Shown here piece after piece: positions 1 through 13,750 of a stretch of 64,000 nt of DNA. The notes beneath the pieces are model-generated. The model was not told the DNA's origin. It did no database searches and saw only the letters and a list, made by a program, of their open reading frames with translations. A program made the translations under genes and the position numbers. The stretch is from Geosiphon pyriformis uo1 (taxonomy: Eukaryota; Fungi; Glomeromycota): NCBI GenBank assembly GCA_016748015.1, contig JAAOMT010000031.1, positions 1 to 64,000 of the forward strand, in the 5' to 3' direction. Positions within the stretch are counted from its first letter, which is position 1. Each line of letters starts with the position of its first letter.

Positions 1-2
1 TT

Positions 3-2370
3 TACCAAGATGATACTAGCACCCAAGATGATGACGCAGATCAAAGGGAGGTTGGTATTCAAGGTTCTCATTAGGCTGTTGGTATAGAATGTTACAAAAT
101 CAAAAAATAATAACTCAATTTTAACAATAAAAAGCGTAAAAAAGCTTATTTTGCTGATCAATCAGAAATTGGACTTGGCACTATAGCTGATAGCTTCCAG
201 TCAATGAACTTGTCTCGCCCAATTCTCAAAGGTCTGAGTCAGGTTGGATTTGTCCAACCGACTCCAATTCAAGTGCAGACAATTCCAATTGCCCTTATGG
301 GTAGGGATATATGTGGTGGTGCAATCACTGGATCTGGAAAAACCGCCGCATTTATCGTACCCATTTTAGAAAGGTTATTATACCGTCCAAGACAAACCCC
401 TGCTGTACGTGTTTTGATTTTGGCCCCTACACGCGAACTGGCTATTCAATGTCACAGTGTGGGGATGAGATTGGCATCGTTTACTGATACTACGTTTTGC
501 CTTTGTGTTGGTAGGTTTTATTATTGGTTCAATGTTTACAAATCGAAATAATATAATTTTATATTTTATATTACAAAGGCGGATTATCTCTTAAAGTGCA
601 AGAGATTGAATTACGGCAACGACCTGATATCGTGATTGCAACGCCAGGTCGTCTTATTGATCATGTGAGGAACTCGCCATCTTTTACGTTAGATACAATT
701 GAAATATTGGTTGTAGATGAGGCTGACAGGTTTTTATTATTTTAAAGTAAATTAACACTTTATTGACAGGGTAGAAATTGGTGTAGCTTATCTGTCTGCG
801 CTTAATTTCAGAATGCTGGAGGATGGATTCGCTTCCGAGCTCAACGAAATCATAAAAAACTGTCCAAAATCTCGACAGACATTATTGTTCTCTGCCACTA
901 TGACAGACAATGTTGATGAACTGATCCGATTGTCATTAAACAGACCTGTCAGGTTAATGGTTGATCCAGCGAAGGCTTTTGCTGCTCGTCTCACTCAAGA
1001 ATTCGTCAGGATCAGAAAAAATCACGAAGAGGATCGTAAGGCTATTTTGCTTGCCCTATGTTACCGTAATTTCAAAAATAAGACGATCATATTCTTAAGG
1101 AGCAAGGCCTTAGCGCATGAAATGAAAATTATATTTGGTCTAATAGGATTGAAAGCCGCCGAGTTACATGGGAACTTGTCACAAGAACAGGTATGACAGG
1201 CATATTTCCCCAGTTCCCACAAATTGCTTAAATATTCTTTAATCAACCAGCGTTTGGAAGCCTTAGAAGGATTTCGTGATGGAAACGTGGATTTCCTTTT
1301 AGCTACAGATCTGGCCTCTCGTGGTTTAGATATTAAAGGGATTCAAACCGTCATAAATTATGACATGCCACAAAGTTATGCTCACTATCTGCATCGTGTG
1401 GGTAGAACAGCTCGAGCTGGTCGCAATGGACGGTATATACTGCTATTCATTTCTTCACAAATATGAATTACACAATAACCTTATTTGTTCGTATACGAAT
1501 TACTATATTAGTTCAGTTACATTTTCCGGTGAATCCGATCGCAAAATTTTGAAAACAATCATTAAGCACTCCCTCAAAGAACAGATCAAAAGGCGTATTG
1601 TTCCCACGGATGTAATCTTTAAATTCCGTAGGAAAATAGTTGAAATCCGTGATCAAGTAAATGAGGTTCTAGCCGAAGAAAAAAAAGGGAAAGAAATACG
1701 ACAGGTTGAGATAGAACTAGCCAAAAGCGAAAATCTCCTAAAACATGAACAGGAAATCTATAGTCGGCCAGCACGCACGTGGTTTCAAACGGAAAAAGAA
1801 AAACAGCAAGCTAAAGAAATCCTAGGTGGGAAATATGTTGGACAAGATCAGAATGGCAAAAAACGAAAACGTACAGGGGCAGGAGAGGAAAAGTCTGCAA
1901 GCCTCAAACCTAAAATGACTCATGGCAAATTCGCAGGATTACCTCGCGCCAAGAAACGAAGGTTACAATTACAAGAACAGGAACAACTAGATTCGGCGAA
2001 TAAGATCGCCACGATAAAGAGCATTAAGTTAGCTAAAAAAGAGCTGAAACCCACTCGAATAACCCAATTACCATCTGGACAAAAATTGGGAAACAATAAA
2101 AAGACAAAGCCCAAGAGCAAGGACAAGCAAAGAGCTCAAGTGAGGTTTGATATGGATTTAGCTGACGTTTCTAAAAAAAGCGCATCAGCTGTCATCAAAA
2201 AACCGAGATCGGCAAAAAAGAATCCAGCTAAGAGTTCAGCAAAGAAAGGAATTATAAACGAAACAAGATACAAAAGCAGCAGTAGAAAAAGGGGTATCAA
2301 AAAATTTGGTTCCAAGGGAAATAATAGAAGTACAAAATTTTCTGGTGGTTCAAAAAAAAGTAGAAAATAA
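3..2370 (+). CDS. DRS1: DEAD-box RNA helicase Drs1/DDX27 (5' end outside window); exons about 3-50, 135-510, 579-729, 812-1190, 1251-1432, 1512-2370
   Basis: Q motif GFVQPTPIQ, Walker A GSGKT, PTRELA, TPGRL, DEADR, SAT, SRGLD and HRVGRTAR joined in frame by GT-AG introns. The Drs1-typical [16 protein letters not shown] segment and a Lys-rich tail follow. Confidence 0.93.
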
Positions 2371-2874
2371 TATCAATCTTTGCCAATATAAGTATTATTT
2401 ATTTTTAGTTGCACCGTACCATTCCGGCTTTAAATTTACTTATTGTACAAAGGGATGTTATAGAATGGTAGTAGCTACTTCGAAGGTTGTGGCCTATATC
2501 TTTGTTATCTATTTCCCGCAACTCGCTGACACCAGAAGCTTCTTAAATACAACAGACTTTCTTAAAATCTTGCCCTTGTTTTACGATTCTTTTCAACATT
2601 TTCCCCCTTTATTTCTTAGATATAATTATGGATATCCTTGCGTACACGATACCAAACAGCCCATTTTTAATCATATTAGAAAGGTTGTAGATTTCTTTCA
2701 AATTTTTGATAAAGCTCTATGGGGTAATAAAACGACAGTACGGGTATGTTAGGAATGTTTAATCGTTAACCAGTTGGATAAACTTATCATAGAATGACGT
2801 AACCTACAGATTTAATAAAAAAATTTTCAAGCCGTGTTTTACTTGATATCTTCGACCGCTAAATCTATTGAAAA

Positions 2875-3504
2875 ATGGTAAGCACAAGTAAAAGATATAT
2901 CAAAAAGTGTGAGCAATAGTGAACTCTTTATAAGCAATAGTGAACTCTTTATAAGCCCAAGTTTAAATCTGTCTTGAAGTTGGAAAACCTTCTACCTAAC
3001 CTTGATTTACTTTATATGTAAAGGCTAAGAAGGAAGCAGCGGCAAAAAGTTCTTCTACTGGGGGCAAGAACAAGAAAAAGGTATTTTCAAACTATCATGG
3101 TTCTATTTGACAATCCAAGATTTCAAATTTTGTTTTATTCCTCATCTAATCAAATAATAGAAATGGTCCAAAGGAAAAGTCAAGGATAAGGCGAATAATG
3201 CTGTTATCCTTGACAAACCCACTTACGATAAGTTGTTTAAGGAGGTTCCCACTTACAAATTAATTACACCCTCTGTATTGGTCGACCGGTTGCGTGTTAA
3301 TGGGTCTCTTGCACGCGTCGCAATTCGTGAGCTGGAAGAGAAAGGTTTAATCCGAAAAATTTCAACACACGGATCGCAAATCATATATAGTAAGTAAAAT
3401 GCTAATATCAGATCATTTTCTTCTTGATATGATTTTAATACTTATGAAACAATTATTTGTTCAAAGCTCGTTCTACTGCGATTGTCGACAAACCCGAAGC
3501 TTAA
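2875..3504 (+). CDS. RPS25: 40S ribosomal protein eS25; exons 2875-2877 (ATG only), 3024-3080, 3161-3389, 3467-3504
   Basis: Spliced translation [101 protein letters not shown]...; GT-AG introns. Missed by the ORF track. Confidence 0.96.
2912..2956. repeat. 21-bp tandem duplication (agcaatagtgaactctttata x2) in RPS25 intron 1
   Basis: Two exact adjacent copies starting at 2912 and 2933. Confidence 0.9.
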
Positions 3505-3899
3505 TTGTTGGAAAATGGGCAGCTTTTGATGGATCACCTTATTTGTGTTAATGATAGTGATGATCAAGAATCATTACTCATCTCAATATCTAAACTTGAT
3601 GTTAGCTAATTCCTATATCTAATAACAAAAAATCACATGATAAAAATCACAATTATAAGATGAACCAGCCGTTGGATTTATTGATTTCCATTACAATAAA
3701 TTTAAACCTCCAGCAAGTACAATTTTGTAGCCTAATTTACAAGATAGGACTCGATAGTCAACCGATATTTTTGTTCTGCTGATGATCTTTAAATCAAAAT
3801 TTCCTTCAATTATTATACTAAAACTTTTTCTAAAAAGCGAGCAACTCGAAAAAACAATACTGTCTCAAATACATTTGAAGTAGAATGATGAATGAATCA

Positions 3900-5304
3900 T
3901 TAATTGAACAATCCAGTAAAGAACTCCTCAAATCCATCTTCCTTCGTTTCTGTCCTGCCTGAAGAGTGCTGGAGTTCGTGGCGTTTTTCTGTTTCACATG
4001 TCGTTGAGGCGCTGGGCTTCCCCCCATGGTGAGATTTTGGATTTCCTTCCATATTATCAAATTTTACTGAGAATGGTTTTCTTCGATCCAACTCTGAAAA
4101 ATTTTTGAGATAAATCAATGCGGATTCAAAATACCTGGAATTGGATTTTGTAGCTGATAGTGGCTCTCTTTGTCTTTTCAGGCAAAGTAAAAAGAGGTGA
4201 GATATGTCAAAGTGATTGTAAGGTGACCAATATTTTTACCCTACTTCAATCAAATTAAAAAATTTACCCAATCTACGTCTTTTTATTAAGCCTGCCTCGA
4301 TAGCAGACAAGCCATTATGTTGTATAGGTTCACTTCCTTCGCTATTTTCTTCCTCTTCTTTGCTCAAATGCCTTCTTTTCTCTTTTTCTCTCTTTCTATG
4401 TTTTTTTGCCGGATCTTCATGCCTTTCGTGTTCTATTTCTACTTCTCTATATTTGTTTTTATAATTCAATTTTTCTGAACAATTCGGGCACAGCCGAATC
4501 TTGACTAAAGCACTCTTCTTTTCCCCATCCTCAATATAAGCGAAATTGACCTCCCATGATTTTAAAATTTTTTTTTCCGAGCATCGTGTTGATGAGCATT
4601 CAAATTGACCTAGGAATATAATTATCGCCTGATAATTGAGTAGGATGAAATTGAAATTTGTATCAAATGAATCAAAAATTTTTAACCACCTTTTCCAGAT
4701 ATGACTTCTTTTTCAATTCTCCACCGCAATGCAATCTGTGAATGGTTGCCGGCTCTTTTTTTCAGTCAACTTGCAAAACGGTTAATTGAAGATTCAACAC
4801 TAAGGTTTAAATATTATACCTTGCCTTCTTTATAATACTTCAACTCTGCTATGCAGTACTCTTTAAAGAGTTTATTATAATACTTTTTTGCAATACGTTG
4901 TTCCCATGTTAAATCTTCTTCTATCTCTGTCGTGGATCGAAGAAATCTAATTTAATGGAATCTCAGTGAGCTCTTAGTCAAATTGACAAGATTTAATAAG
5001 AAATCTTTTGTTTTACTGATGGTTCTCTTTCAGTATGTCAAGTTCAGTTTTTTCTGCTGAAGACAACTGAGAGTTTTTTATTTCTGCAAGGTTTTGGCGT
5101 CCATAGAAGAGAACATAGTCGTTTATAAACTTTTGATGCCTTGCGAACTGGAAGAAAAAGAATTTAGCGTTCACTCTAATCTTATATTGACAAAGGTAAA
5201 TTATGTTAACTGACAGCGTTTAATCCTTTTAGGTTATCTCGGAAGACTGATTTTGCGTAATCGCCTTGCTCTTCTTTGCTTGTAACCAAATGTTCGGAAG
5301 TCAT
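3900..5304 (-). CDS. FRA10AC1: FRA10AC1 family spliceosome-associated protein (multi-exon; 3' exon structure uncertain)
   Basis: Minus-strand exons give RHQKFINDYVLFYG, KTELDILKENH, TWEQRIAKKYYNKLFKEYCIAEL, IALRWRIEKEVISGKG, QFEC and LKSWEVNFAYIEDGEKKSALVKIRLCPNCSEKLNY, plus an acidic-aromatic end FEEFFTGLFN. Confidence 0.85.
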
Positions 5305-5633
5305 TTTGCCCACTTTGGAAGAGTATTATAGTAAAGGAGGATTTGTTAATACTAAAAAATTTATTCTTTTTAATCTTTTAATAATAAATTTTAATAGCCC
5401 AATTTGTGCAAAATTTTTTTTTATAAATGTATATGTATTTTAATTATGTTTTTAATGATAAACTTATTAAATAATTTAAATTAAGAATATTAAAATAATT
5501 GTTTATGTTGAATTTTTATAAATAAAAGTGTAATAATAAATATTGATGTAATGTTTATTGTCGCATTTGTATTTCATAAAAATATAATTAAGAAAAATAT
5601 AATCGATCCCGAATTTTTGATAATTGTAGAAAA

Positions 5634-8600
5634 ATGCTACCATTTAGGCAAAAGGTTGGGCGTGGGGTATACTCTTCAAGTGTAAAAGGCTTCTCAATGC
5701 ATTGCTATATCAAGATATCTCTTCCTAAAATGTTGCCGAGAAAGACGTGCCATGCTCTTTTCCATTCGTCAAGGGTTTCGAAAACCGCCGAGACCTCTGA
5801 AATAAAAGCGCGTTTACCTGGTAGAAAAATATAGATTTTTCTAAAAAACGTCAGTGTATAGTAAACTTTTTATAAAAAGTATTTTTTATTGGATGTTTCC
5901 TATGTCTAGTGGCTGTTTATCCGAAAAGAACCCACAACTGTGGCGAGCTTCGAAGCAATCATGTGGGCCAACGTGTTGTTGTTTGTGGATGGGCGCAGAA
6001 ACTGCGGTATTGTCAATTATGGATGACTGGTGTATGATAATTTCTTTAAAATAGAATAATTTTTACTAAAATGATCTAAAATAGAAAATTATCTTCGGAT
6101 TTTCTCTTTCTTCCTATACGTGATTCTTATGGATTAACGCAACTAGTATTTACAAGATCTAATAATCTTCCAATAAAAAATCAGCTATTGGAAAAAATTT
6201 TGGAACTCTCTACAGAAAGTGTGATTTGTGTCGAGGGTGTGGTTTTAAAACGATCTCAGGAAACAATAAACAATGAATGTCTCAACAATTATCAAATTCA
6301 ACATGTTTCGATATATCAAAGTCTGAAAATTATTTGATCGCTCTTTTCCATTTTATCTCCTACAGGCCATGGCCACTGGCGAGATCGAAATTGAAATTGA
6401 ACAAATTATCTGTTTGAATAATGCAAAGCCCCTACCTTTTCATCCCTCTGATAAAATATTGGCATGCCATTTTCTTCAAAGAGCAACTCTCTTTACAATA
6501 ATTTTTCAATCCAATAAAATGATTTTTATTTTTTAGGCAAACGACATAACTCGATATACAAATCGATGGGTTGATTTGCGTCGTGATTTTCTCCAAAGCA
6601 ACCTTCGTTTAAGATCAAAGGTCTCTTGGATCATAAGAGATTTTTTTAACAAGGAAGGTTTGTGAATTATCTAATTTTCAACTTGAATTATATGAAACCA
6701 AGTATATATTATGATATTTTAATTACTTAGGCTTTGTCGAAGTTGAAACTCCCATCCTTTTTAAATCAACACCAGAAGGAGCAAGGGAATTTATTGTCCC
6801 AACTCGTTCAAAGGGATTCTTTTATGCCTTGTCACAAAGCCCACAACAAGTAACGTTTCAAAGTAAAATGATATTTATTTTTAACACTTTGTTCATTTGT
6901 TGACCATCAATCAACTCCCACTTTTACAGTATAAGCAATTATTAATGGTTGGTGGCATCGATAAATATTATCAAATAGCTAAATGCTTCCGTGATGAAGA
7001 TTTGAGAGCAAATAGGCAGTCTGAGTTTACGCAAGTCAGTTTGTAAGCATTCTTATTTCAGCGAATCCTCCATTAAATTGCATAAACTTTGAACAGTCCA
7101 AATATTAAATTCCCTATAATATGTTAATTGTTATATTTTATAGATCGATATTGAAATGTCATTTGTCTCTGCTAAAGATATTATCTCTCTTACTGAAAAA
7201 CTCATAACCCTTATCTGGCGGGAATCGCTTGGACTTGAGTTGGAATCTAGGAGACCATTTCCGCAAATGACATATAAAGAGGCTATGTGTAGGGTAAATA
7301 TTTAATCAATAATCTAATTTACATCAAGATGCGTTTTATCATCCGATTGTCATCGATCTCATCAAATAGCAATACCAAATATTATTTGATTTATACGTTT
7401 TCCATTTATTTCACAGTTTGGATCAGATAAACCAGACATACGTTACGAGATGGAGGTTTGGACTTCTAAAGTATTATGATTTTGTTCATTTTATTTTCTA
7501 AAAATTTATCCTAGTTTCCTTAAATAAGATATCAGACATCACACAATATGTCTCCGATATTGTTGAAACCTCGGATGAAACAATTGAGTGCCTATTGATA
7601 AAAAAAGGTGGTTTGTTCACCTCCAAAGAAATAAAAAATTTAGCGTCTCTGCAAGGAGATCAATTCAGCAACAAGCAAAATATCAAGAGGGTATATTTCA
7701 AAAATTAAATGTCCCATATTGGCTTTTTTCCTTTGCTTTTTTAATCTAGTTTCTATCCAACAGGCGTTGGATATTTTTAAAATCACCGAGGAAAACTCTA
7801 ATTCATGGATATCAAAGTCTATCTTAATCGGACATTCTGGACATGCTGCCTTTGTCCAAGATACATTAACGCATGAACTCAACATTCAAGTTGGCGACTT
7901 AATTGTTCTTAATAAGCGGGACTCCTTTCTGTCTGTGAGTTTGAATTAGCTTTTCTATCATATGTCATTTAATATATATTAGTCAAATAAAAATCAACAA
8001 TCCTGTTCTGATCAGGGGGGTTCGACAACTATGGGCAAAATACGGAAACAAGCTGTGAGTCTACTATTATCTAAAGGTAAATAATTTTTTAAGCTTTAGG
8101 TTTTTGCCTCGTAATATAAAGTAACGGCTCGAACTTTATTACTCTTGACTATTCAGGATTATTAGAAAAGAGCCCAAACCTCGTAAATTTTCTTTGGATC
8201 GAACAGTTTCCATTATTTAACCCAGATCTGAATACCGGTCGACTCACCTCTACACACCATCCTTTTACATCGCCTGTTGAGGAGGATGTAGATTTACTCT
8301 ATGAAAACCCACAAAAGGCTAGAAAATGACCTTTCTTGTTCAAAATCTTGAAGTTTAATATGTAATGCTGAAATTAATAATTTCGTTTTACTCAGGTTCG
8401 TGCTCAACATTATGATCTAATTCTGGACGGCGAAGAAATTGGAGGTGGCTCAATTCGTGTGCATTTTCCGGATTTACAACGTTACATACTGGAGCATGTG
8501 TTAGGGGTTTGGAAACAAGTTAATCAGTGATATTTTTTTGGGATTTCTTCTCGGGTTAAATTTTGCCCAATGTGGTTACCTAGATAAGAGATATTGAAGG

Positions 8601-8890
8601 AGCTGGATTTGGGCATCTAATCCGTGCACTCGGTAGTGGCTGTCCACCACATGGAGGTATTGCCTTAGGTATGTACTAGCTATAACGCTCATGAAAATTT
8701 GTATCAATTATTTTTACTCATTTACTCGAAAGGTTTTGACAGACTCATTGCATTGATGGTCGGGACTGATTCTATTCGCGACGTTATTGCGTTTCCTAAA
8801 GCTTTATCTGGAAGGGATTTATGTGTTGGAAGTCCCTCACCGGTTGCAGAGGAAAGGATTATTTCTGAATATGGTATTCGATTGTCTTAA
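5634..8890 (+). CDS. MSD1: Mitochondrial (bacterial-type) aspartyl-tRNA synthetase with many short introns
   Basis: Basic/Ser-rich presequence, [51 protein letters not shown], motif 2 [56 protein letters not shown] and [13 protein letters not shown]. Confidence 0.93.
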
Positions 8891-9623
8891 TCAAGTATCT
8901 GGATAAATATTTTGTCCGAAGGTGAAATCCTTTCCTATCTTTATCGAGAAGTGAATTTGTAAAATGCAACACTCAAAATTTTAACGGATAGGTCGCAAAT
9001 CATCCCTGCTTACCAAATTGAAATCAATTGATAATACTCGAATTGTCTCTGACTAGCTTACACAATTCACAATTTCCTTGATGTTACATTCTTAAACTCA
9101 TGTTTTTAAAAAAACATAATCTTCTCAAGAATTGTATTTTCAATTAATTTATAATTTGTTAAGGTCACAAAATTAATTATTACAAATTTTAATTTCAGAT
9201 TTTAGTTATTGAGATTAAAAGGTTTTTTAACTGTTTACTTATAATGTTAATTAGTTTGTTTTTAATTTCATTTATACAAGATATAATTACAAAATATATT
9301 TTTCGATAATTTTGTTAATATATGAATTTATAATTTTTGCAATTGAACAGTTAAATCAATTATTTAATTTAATTAAAAATTGCAAGATAAAAGTTGAAAT
9401 TCTTCCTTGACTAATATTGAACAATAATATTGTAATCAATATTGGCACAACAATAAAAAACCCTAGATAATAATTTATTCAAAACATACATAATTTTAAG
9501 TGAACGCTTCTTTCTAAATTATAAATAATTCTATTTCATAATTTTATCTCTTTGGATAAAATCCGGCAATCTTCATAAATTAAGGTATGGGATATTTGAT
9601 AAACAGGGGTCTCTTTTACTAAC

Positions 9624-11091
<1,468 letters not shown>

Positions 11092-11216
11092 TATAAAAAC
11101 GAAGTGAAAAGATCAAAACCAATTCTCGTGAATTGATTGCCTATCAATAAAAATACTAATCAGTTATTTATTAATGCGAAATTGAATATCCCTCTTTCTT
11201 GAGCTAACTTCTCCAA

Positions 11217-11501
11217 ATGCTGATACCACTGCTGCCAAGAAAGGTTACCTTTTACGCCCGTGTCTCTAGTGCAAAGCAAAAAGAGGATCTCGAGCGTCAA
11301 AAGTAACTCCTCCTTTCTCGATTTCCAACCTACAAACTCTTAAGCAATGTCGGGTCAGGTATCAATTTCAAACGATCAGAATTTAAGACCATATTGGAAC
11401 GAACAAGCCGCGGAATGGTCTCGGAAATTGTGGTCACCCGCTGTAATATACTTTGTAGATTTGCCTTAGATTTCTTCCAATATATATTTTTCTTCATTTG
11501 A
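11217..11501 (+). pseudogene. tnpA: IS607-family serine recombinase (TnpA) remnant
   Basis: Translation ...FYARVSSAKQKEDLERQK*LLLSRFPTYKLLSNVGSGINFKRSEFKTILERTSRGMVSEIVVTRCNILCRFALDFFQYIF carries the catalytic YARVS motif, a SGIN(F)KR motif and a degenerate DRLCRF. Internal stop at 11304. Confidence 0.85.
11347..11469 (+). pseudogene. Overlapping +1-frame N-terminal fragment resembling the IS607 TnpB/Fanzor2 leader
   Basis: MSGQVSISNDQNLRPYWNEQAAEWSRKLWSPAVIYFVDLP* has the P[YF]WN-x6-S-x-KLW-x-P pattern I recall from IS607 TnpB/Fanzor2 proteins that overlap tnpA. No RuvC portion is seen. Confidence 0.6.
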
Positions 11502-11639
11502 AATAACAGAAGAATCAGGTTTACTCTCAAGTATTCATAACATAGGTGCTTTAAACCAGACACCCTAAGTAATAGCATATAAAAGCTTTCAACATCATTA
11601 AGTCTTTCAAATGAACTGATTTCCAAATATTATTGTACT

Positions 11640-13750
11640 TTTTTAATTAATATATGTAGAATGATAATTGTAACAACACATTAATGTATTGTTTAGCTAA
11701 AATTTTATTATATATATTTCTAATATTTATTTATTTTTTGCTTTCTTTTTTTATATATTTTTAGAAAAATACAAAAGCTTTATTTAACATATTCTTTTTA
11801 AAATATATATAAATTAACATATTTAAAATTTTAATTTTATTTAATAAAAAAACTTTTTTTGTTATTAATCTTTTAATTACAATAAAAACCAAAAAAACTG
11901 CTAAAATATTTTATTTGTTTTTTTTTTATTTAATTTTTTTATAAACTATTTCTGTTAATTTTTTTTATTTATAACTAAAGATTTGATAAACTTTTCTATT
12001 AATGTTATATATATAGACAAAACTAATATAGAAATTTGCTTTAATACTAAAATTGGTTTTTATCAACTTTTACTTATAAAATACTAATAAAAAAATGAAA
12101 AAACTTATTTTTAAAATTAGTATAATTAATTTGTTTATTAGTTTAATTATAAATATGTTAAATTCTAATATTTTTGAAATATTTAAATTATAAAATAAAA
12201 TAAATAATAAAACTAATAATATATAAAGTTAAAAATTTAAAAAACTTTATTATAAAAGAAATATATTATATAAATTTAAAAAAGTTAAATAATACCAAAT
12301 TACTATTATTATTTTTAATTAATAATATAAACAATAATAATATTTTGAAGTTTTTTTATCTGTTTTGGTTTTTTTAAATCTTAAATTATCATACTATTAA
12401 AAAAAAGTTTTAATCTAATTAAATTTTTTAAATTAAATATTAATATTTTGGCTATTAATAAAAAAATTTGAATAATAAATTAAAATTATTAAAAAACTTT
12501 TCTATTAAATAGATAATTTTAAAATATTTCTATTTTTTTAAAGTTTTTTAATGTTATTAAATTAATATTTATTTTTGATTTAAAAAAAATTAATATATAT
12601 TTAAATTAAAAAATAATTGTTAAAAAAATTTTATTTAATATTTTTAAATTAATAGTATCTATAATTATTTTTAATTTAACAAAATTGTTTTTATTAAAAT
12701 ATAATTTATTAATTTAAAACAAAAAGCTATAATAAAATTTAAAAATAATGTAATTATTAAGTTAATAACTACTAATTAATTAATTTTTATAAGTAAAAAT
12801 TTAATATATATAATTAAAGTCAATATAAACAAACAAATTTGAATATTTAAAAATCAATTTAAATATTGTTTTATATTTTTCTAATAAATACTATAATATA
12901 TAATTATTTTAATTTATTAACTTTAAATAATAAAAAATTTGTATTATTAATAATCCAGTTTTTTATGTTTATATTTAATATATTAAAATTTGTTTTAATT
13001 CTAAAAAAGCCAAAACTATTGTTATTTATTTGATTTTAAGTTTCAAAAATATTGGTTTGTGTTAAACTAATTTATTTATATAAAAATATGTTAATTGTAA
13101 TTAATTTGATTATATATTATTATTTTATATATTTAATAAATAATCTGTTAATTATTTTAAAAAAAATATATAAAATTTAAATAAATAATATTTATATTAA
13201 AAAACAAAAATTTGTTTTTTAATCTGTTTTTTTTTTAATATAAAATATAGATTTAAATAGCTAATAATACTTTGTTTTTTTTGTTTTTTTGGATATACTT
13301 ATTAATTTTAATTTTTTTGATTTTAAATCCTATTTTATTGGTTTATAGTAATATTAATTTAAAATTTGTTAATTTAGAATTCAATCTTATTGGTTTTATA
13401 AAACAAGTTAACAAGTTAACAAAAAAATTAAATACACTTATATTAATGGTTTTCTGGTTTTATTTTTAATGTAAATTATTAATAATTTTTATTATTATAA
13501 AATTATAACAATAAGAAAAAATTTGAATGTAATTATTAATAATAAAACTGCTTTAATTTATGGTTTTTTGAATTTTTAAGACATAATAAAAATCAATAAT
13601 TTTAGTTTAATTTCAAATTTTAAGCAAATTAATATTGTGTATTAACATAAAAAATAAATAATATAATTTTAATTATTATAAAAACTAAGTTAAAAATTAG
13701 TATTTTTATGGTTTTAAAAAATATTTTAATTTAAACTAATTATTTTAATA
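11640..13750 (+). mobile_element. Extremely AT-rich tract, probably a heavily eroded LINE remnant (ORF1 C-terminus and start of APE endonuclease)
   Basis: Very few G/C. Residual coiled-coil-like KFVNLEFNLIGFIKQVNKLTKKLN (about 13360-13440) and IIIKTKLK at about 13672-13695, readable as an APE ETK motif after G-to-A change. Confidence 0.4.

Noticed and set aside
2306-2752. 148-aa ORF after DRS1; the opposite strand has a faint kinase-like GLFGIVY
   Set aside because: No recognisable motif on the plus strand, and the minus frame has many stops and no other kinase motif. Insufficient support.
3556-3620. GTGATGA (C-box-like) downstream of RPS25
   Set aside because: No D box at a suitable distance and no terminal stem; probably 3'UTR
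11330-11626. 98-aa minus-strand ORF
   Set aside because: Shadow of the plus-strand IS607 remnant
11500-11640. Fanzor RuvC domain or omegaRNA downstream of the IS607 remnant
   Set aside because: No RuvC or Zn-ribbon motifs and no clear structured RNA recognisable by eye; cannot be claimed
11640-13750. Possible mitochondrial insertion (NUMT) or hydrophobic ORF 13272-13469
   Set aside because: No mitochondrial gene motifs; the F/I/L/K/N richness is explained by extreme AT bias
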